28,870 nucleotides of DNA from positions 1 through 28,870 of the forward strand of contig DATFMK010000207.1 in NCBI GenBank assembly GCA_035267005.1, read 5' to 3'. Source of the DNA: Balneolales bacterium (GTDB lineage Bacteria; Bacteroidota; Rhodothermia; Balneolales; DATFMH01). Below the pieces are notes generated by a model, which was not told the origin of the DNA, searched no databases, and saw only the letters and a list, made by a program, of their open reading frames with translations. Each line of letters opens with the position of its first letter. The stretch's first letter is position 1. Both the position numbers and the translations under genes were made by a program. This document shows, in pieces, positions 28,088 through 28,870 of this stretch.

Positions 28088-28870
28088 ATGATTTCAGACA
28101 AAAATGATCATATCATAATTCTATTAAGCTTGTTAATCAGCCTTATCCTGCCTCTGACTTTACATGCACAAATCAAGCAAACCGGAATTATTAAAGGAAC
28201 TGTTATAGATAAAGAAAATGGCAAGCCTTTAAAAGACGTGGATATTTTTCTTGCTAACACGACTTTTGGGACAACTTCAAAGCCGGATGGAACATTTCTA
28301 ATGAAAAAATTTCCAATTGGATCCTATCAATTGATATTCAGCCATCTTGGTTATATCGCCAAAGCTGTTCAGGTAAATTTATATTCATCGAATAAGTAAT
28401 CGATTTATATGAAATTAACACCACAAATCCATCAGATGGAAAGTATCACCGTAACAAGTAATAAACCGGAATTGTGGCAAAAAAGGCTTGCTCTCTTTAC
28501 GAAAGAATTTATCGGACCCTTTGTTACTAAAAAAGAATGTAAAATTGAAAACCCTGAGGTTCTGAATTTTCATAAAGACCCCAAATCCGGTAATCTTATT
28601 GCTAATGCCTCGGCTCCACTGAACATTATTAATTACCAGTTGGGTTATCATTTGAAAGTAATTCTAAAGACCTTCGATTGGACCACTAATGGAGTAACAG
28701 GTTCTTACACTTTTTATCCCCATTTCATTAAGTTGAAACCGAATAATAAAGAACAACTAAATAATTGGAAAAAACAGCGTCTTGACACCTACAAAGGATC
28801 ACTACGGGATTTTTTGTATTCGTTTATGCACCACCAATTAATGAATAACGATTTCGATATCAACCATGAC
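28088..28870 (+). pseudogene. Carboxypeptidase-regulatory-like (CarboxypepD_reg) domain protein with internal in-frame stop; runs off window end
   Basis: IKGTVIDKENGKPL...GSYQLIFSHLGY, then TAA at 28397-28399. The same frame continues open to the window end (SIYMKLTP...CKIENPEVLNF...PLNIINYQLGY...YKGSLRDF). Confidence 0.75.

Noticed and set aside
2186-28651. Numerous short ORFs antisense to or nested in long genes (e.g. 2186-2389, 4705-5112, 10615-10932, 11409-11774, 12310-12717, 14675-15121, 18593-18943, 26835-27053, 28415-28651)
   Set aside because: Shadow frames of well-supported genes, with no independent motifs or start signals.
1-28870. Integron integrase, tRNA or rRNA genes
   Set aside because: No ORF with tyrosine-recombinase R-H-R-H-Y motifs and no tRNA- or rRNA-like sequence recognised by eye; a tRNAscan-SE or HMM run would be needed to exclude them formally.

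Overview
AT-rich bacterial window, probably from an FCB-group organism (inferred from the FabH/thioredoxin types, CarboxypepD_reg and S41 lipoprotein genes, and TAnnTTTG promoter boxes). It has three parts. (i) 1-950: the left end of an IS3-family element and a decayed REP-associated tyrosine transposase (RAYT) bracketed by REP-like inverted repeats. (ii) About 5770-14430: an island that truncates a SagB-type nitroreductase gene. All its genes are on the + strand: a broken RloC-like AAA/HEPN gene, an uncharacterised 652-aa protein with a C-terminal HEPN RxxxxH motif, an XRE regulator + BsuBI/PstI-type restriction-modification system, and a SWIM zinc-finger protein. The genes are punctuated by 67-132 bp imperfect palindromes bounded by ..TAAC / GTT.. 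cores. This looks like an integron-like (attC-like) cassette array of defence genes with no integrase in the window, and it is the main candidate for an undescribed system. (iii) The rest: ordinary housekeeping and envelope genes (FAD oxidoreductase, YbjT-like SDR, DinB, aldo-keto reductase, TrpF, FabG-like SDR, thioredoxin, acyl-CoA thioesterase, S41 peptidase, FabH). The thioredoxin is on the minus strand, not plus as in the supplied track. All family assignments come from motifs read by eye; no database searches were run.
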